From Armatimonadota bacterium (GTDB lineage Bacteria > Sysuimicrobiota > Sysuimicrobiia > Sysuimicrobiales > Humicultoraceae): a DNA stretch of 28,211 nucleotides. The notes below the pieces were generated by a model, which was not told where the DNA came from, made no database searches, and saw only the letters and a list, made by a program, of their open reading frames with translations. Location of the stretch: contig JBQTJP010000308.1 of NCBI GenBank assembly GCA_052386995.1, positions 1-28,211 of the forward strand. The letters are read 5' to 3'. The translations under genes and the position numbers were made by a program. Position 1 is the first letter of the stretch. Each line of letters begins with the position of its first letter. Below, piece by piece: positions 25,239 through 28,211 of the stretch.

Positions 25239-26189
25239 ATGGGGAGATATCTCCTTCGCCGTCTCGTCCTGTTGATCCCCACCCTGCTGGGCATCTCGGC
25301 GTTGGTCCTGATGCTCATGCGCCTGCTGCCCGGCGACGCCGTGGACATTCTGGTCGGACCCGAGCTCGTGCTCGGACCCGAGCAACGCAAGGCGCTCTAC
25401 CGGCTGTTCGGCCTGGACGCCCCGATCCACATCCACTACGTCAACTGGCTCTTCGAGGTCGTGCGTGGCAACCTCGGCCTCTCGGTGCGGACGGCCCAGC
25501 CGATCACGCAGGTCATCATGCAGCGGCTGCCGATCACTATCGAGCTGGCGCTGCTGGCATCGGCCCTCGCCTGGCTGGTCGCCATCCCGCTCGGGGTGCT
25601 TTCGGCGGTTCGTCGCAACGGCGCGCTGGACTTCGTGGCGCACATCTCCGGGCTCATCGGGTTGTCGGTGCCGAACTTCTGGCTCGCCACGATGCTGCTC
25701 CTGGTTTCCTCGCTCTATCTGGGATGGCAGCCCTCCCTGATCTGGATCAGCCCGTTCAAAGATCTGCTCGCCAACCTCCAGCAGATGCTCCTGCCCGTGT
25801 TGTCGTTGAGCGCGGTGTTGATGGCCGTCGTCATGCGGATGATGCGGTCGTCGATGCTCGAGGTGCTGGGACAAGACTACATCCGCACGGCGCGGTCCAA
25901 GGGCCTCCGGGAGCAGGTGGTGCTGGCCCGGCACGCGTTCAAGAATGCCGCGATCCCGGTCATTACGGTCCAGGGCATTCAGGTGGGCTATCTCCTCGGC
26001 GGCGCGGTGGTCATCGAGCAGATCTTCGGTATGCCCGGGATCGGCTGGATGATCCTCAACGGCATCTACCAGCGCGACTACCCGGTGGTGCAGGGCGGCG
26101 TGCTCTTCGTGGCGGTGGCCTTCGTCCTGGTCAACCTGCTGGTCGATCTCGTCTACGCGTACCTCGATCCCCGGATCCGGTATGACTGA
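25239..26189 (+). CDS. ABC transporter permease (DppB/OppB-like)
   Basis: YLLRRL, LPGD, DYIRTARSKGL, HAFKNA, EQIFGMPG, RDYPVVQG, LDPRIRY. RBS AGGAGAGG. Confidence 0.93.
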   Translation: MGRYLLRRLVLLIPTLLGISALVLMLMRLLPGDAVDILVGPELVLGPEQRKALYRLFGLDAPIHIHYVNWLFEVVRGNLGLSVRTAQPITQVIMQRLPITIELALLASALAWLVAIPLGVLSAVRRNGALDFVAHISGLIGLSVPNFWLATMLLLVSSLYLGWQPSLIWISPFKDLLANLQQMLLPVLSLSAVLMAVVMRMMRSSMLEVLGQDYIRTARSKGLREQVVLARHAFKNAAIPVITVQGIQVGYLLGGAVVIEQIFGMPGIGWMILNGIYQRDYPVVQGGVLFVAVAFVLVNLLVDLVYAYLDPRIRYD

Positions 26190-26203
26190 GCGCGGCTGAG
26201 ACG

Positions 26204-27100
26204 ATGGCGACAGGGGCGCAAGTCGTCAAGGGCGCGTGGACGCCGCACAGGCCGCGCAACCCCTTTGCCGAGGTAGCCGTCCATCTGGTCCGGCATCCGG
26301 TAGGTCTCGCCGGCATCGCGCTCGTGCTGATCTTCGTCGTGCTGGCCATCGCGGCACCGCTCATCGCGCCGTTCGATCCGCTCGCGCAGCCCTCCAAGAG
26401 GCTCCTCCCACCGGGCGGCCCGCATCTCCTCGGCACCGATGAGTTCGGCCGCGACGTGCTCAGCCGCATCATCTATGGATCACGCGTGTCGTTCCAGGTG
26501 GGCGTCATCTCAGTCGGCATCGCGCTGTTCATCGGCGGCGCGCTGGGATTGATCTCCGCCTATTACCTTGGGCTGGTCGACAGCCTGGTCATGCGGGTGG
26601 TCGACATCATGTTCGCCTTTCCGACGGTCATCCTTATTATTGCCATCTCCGGTGTGCTGGGGGCGAGCATGACGACGGCGATGATTGCCATTGGGATCGT
26701 CTACTCACCGATCTTCGCCCGCATCGTGCGCGGCCCCACGCTAGTAGTGATGCAGCAGCAGTACGTCGAAGGCGCCCGGGCCTTCGGCGCGGGATGGCTG
26801 CGCATCATGCTTCGCTACGTGCTGCCGAACATCGCCGCCCCGGTGATCATCCAGACCACGCTTTCCTTTTCGACGGCCATCCTGAGCGAGGCCACACTGT
26901 CATTCTTAGGATTGGGAACACAACCGCCCGACCCATCGTGGGGGACCATGTTGGGCTCGGGCCGAAAGTTTATGGAGCTGGCGCCCTGGGTGGCAGTCTA
27001 TCCCGGGCTCGCGATCGCGCTCGTCGTCCTTGGCCTAAATCTCATGGGTGATGCGCTCCGCGATGCGCTGGACCCGCGATTGCGCCGCGGGATAACCTGA
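26204..27100 (+). CDS. ABC transporter permease (DppC/OppC-like)
   Basis: LLGTDEFGRDVLSR, YVEGARAFGA, EATLSFLGLG, PPDPSWG, GDALRDALDP. Confidence 0.93.
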   Translation: MATGAQVVKGAWTPHRPRNPFAEVAVHLVRHPVGLAGIALVLIFVVLAIAAPLIAPFDPLAQPSKRLLPPGGPHLLGTDEFGRDVLSRIIYGSRVSFQVGVISVGIALFIGGALGLISAYYLGLVDSLVMRVVDIMFAFPTVILIIAISGVLGASMTTAMIAIGIVYSPIFARIVRGPTLVVMQQQYVEGARAFGAGWLRIMLRYVLPNIAAPVIIQTTLSFSTAILSEATLSFLGLGTQPPDPSWGTMLGSGRKFMELAPWVAVYPGLAIALVVLGLNLMGDALRDALDPRLRRGIT

Positions 27101-27104
27101 CCAC

Positions 27105-27131
27105 GCAGGTTGCGTGGAGTGCCCGACCGAA
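27105..27131 (+). promoter_or_regulatory. Putative sigma-H-like promoter (GCAGG-N18-CGAA) for the DUF2652-like gene
   Basis: GCAGG ttgcgtggagtgcccgac CGAA, ending 13 nt before ATG 27145, which has no SD. Confidence 0.55.
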
Positions 27132-27144
27132 ACATCAATAAGCC

Positions 27145-28211
27145 ATGGTACAGACAGAGCGCGGCTGTCTGGTCATGACCGACCTGACCGGCTACACCGG
27201 GTATCTCACCGGTGCGGAGCTGAACCACGCCGAAGGGGTGCTCGCCGACCTTCTCGAGACCGTAATCGGCGCCCTTCGCCCCGTGCTCAAGCTGGCCAAA
27301 CTCGAGGGCGACGCCGCCTTCGCTTACGCGCCCGCAGGCAAGATCGATGGCCCGATGCTGCTCGACGTCGTTGAGCAGTGCTACTTTAGCTTTCAGCGGC
27401 GGCGGCGTGATGTGCGCCAGGCGACGACGTGCCAATGCAATGCGTGCGCCCAGATCGCCTCACTCAACCTGAAGGTGTTTGTGCACGACGGCGAGTTCGT
27501 CCGCCACCGCATCGCTGGCCGCGAGGAACTCGCAGGCGCCGATGTCATCCTCGTGCACCGGCTCTTGAAGAACACCGTGGCCGAAAGATTCGGCCTCCAG
27601 GGGTATGCGCTGCTCACCGATGCCTGTCTTCGGGCAGCAGGCATTGATCCGGTCGTGCTGGGCATGCGGGAGCATCGAGAAACATACGAGCACATCGGCG
27701 AGGTGCCAGTTTTCGTACACGACCTCCAGACGCGGTGGTCAGACGAGCAGGAACGACGTCGCGTGTTTATCGCCCCCGAGAAGTCAGACGGCGAGATATC
27801 GTTTGACCTTCAGAGCCCCCCGGCACTGGTCTGGGACTACCTGACCTCTCCCGCCAAGCGCCTGCGCTGGCAGCCAGTCGACGGTCTCGAGGAGCACATG
27901 ACCCGCGGCCGGCGTGGACCTGGGACGACGAATCGCTGCGCGCACGGAAACCAAGTCGTCGTCGAGGAGGTCTTGGACTGGCGGCCCTTTGACTACTTCA
28001 CCGTGCGCTTCGTGCCTATGGGGTTTCCCATCGACGAAACCGCGGAGCTGATACCGACAGAGGGCGGTACGCGGGTGAGCTTGCGGCAAAAGATCCCTCG
28101 CAGCAAGAAGGCGCGCGAGGGATGGTCGATGATGCGTGAGCAGTACGATGCCATGATGCGGGACGCGTTCGCCAGCCTGGCCACGCTGATCGCCCAGGAG
28201 ATTCCGGCGGA
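27145..28211 (+). CDS. DUF2652-like (class III nucleotidyl-cyclase-like) domain fused to an SRPBCC/START-like domain, 3'-truncated
   Basis: Not in the ORF track. Manual translation: MVQTERGCLVMTDLTGYTGYL...KLEGDAAF...TTCQCNAC..LNLKVFVHDGEF...LAGADVILVHRLLKN...PPALVWDYLTSPAKRLRWQ...CAHG...LDWRPFDYFT...PTEGGTRV. The frame is open to the window end. Confidence 0.82.
   Translation, partial: MVQTERGCLVMTDLTGYTGYLTGAELNHAEGVLADLLETVIGALRPVLKLAKLEGDAAFAYAPAGKIDGPMLLDVVEQCYFSFQRRRRDVRQATTCQCNACAQIASLNLKVFVHDGEFVRHRIAGREELAGADVILVHRLLKNTVAERFGLQGYALLTDACLRAAGIDPVVLGMREHRETYEHIGEVPVFVHDLQTRWSDEQERRRVFIAPEKSDGEISFDLQSPPALVWDYLTSPAKRLRWQPVDGLEEHMTRGRRGPGTTNRCAHGNQVVVEEVLDWRPFDYFTVRFVPMGFPIDETAELIPTEGGTRVSLRQKIPRSKKAREGWSMMREQYDAMMRDAFASLATLIAQEIPA

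Noticed and set aside
24162..25934. 590-aa minus-strand ORF and many other long alternative-frame ORFs (e.g. 906-1817, 4436-5536, 8701-9678, 15710-16696, 18818-19825)
   Set aside because: They overlap well-supported genes, have no family motifs and are Arg/Gly/Pro-rich. This is the expected shadow-ORF artefact of high-GC DNA.
27101..27117. Hairpin CCACGCA-GGT-TGCGTGG after dppC as an intrinsic terminator
   Set aside because: 7-bp stem with a 3-nt loop and no U-tract. It overlaps the putative promoter of the next gene, so a terminator call is not supported.
1..28211. rRNA, tRNA, CRISPR arrays, IS elements, integrases, known riboswitches
   Set aside because: None recognised. Intergenic gaps are short except 5386-5822, which would need an Infernal/Rfam scan to exclude a structured RNA.

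Overview
High-GC bacterial DNA that is almost entirely coding. About 26 kb is an uncharacterised catabolic gene cluster. It holds three family-5 (Opp/Dpp-type) ABC importer modules (binding protein plus two permeases each, with no ATPase gene in the window), seven predicted C-N/ester hydrolases (AstE/AspA-type M14, two neutral-ceramidase-like, amidohydrolase_2, creatininase-like, COG3964-like, acetamidase/formamidase), four enolase-superfamily enzymes, two SDRs, an acetoacetate-decarboxylase-family protein and a DUF3830-like protein. A visibly AT-richer RES/Xre-type toxin-antitoxin pair sits in the middle (13.56-14.93 kb). A DUF2652/SRPBCC-like gene runs off the right end. Two real genes (1-390 minus, 27145-28211 plus) are missing from the ORF track because they are truncated. 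Main observations: (1) an AGG-N17/18-CGAA motif resembling the Bacillus sigma-H promoter lies in the correct orientation upstream of seven transcription units; (2) all three MLE-subgroup enolases have Tyr where a conserved Lys is expected, and the MR-subgroup enzyme lacks its KxK lysine; (3) the RES toxin appears to have reciprocal E-to-N and N-to-E changes, and its antitoxin ORF is unusually long; (4) a 55-bp dyad overlaps a near-consensus sigma-70 promoter, yet the cluster encodes no dedicated regulator. No rRNA, tRNA, CRISPR array or transposase was seen. All family calls come from reading motifs by eye, not from database searches.
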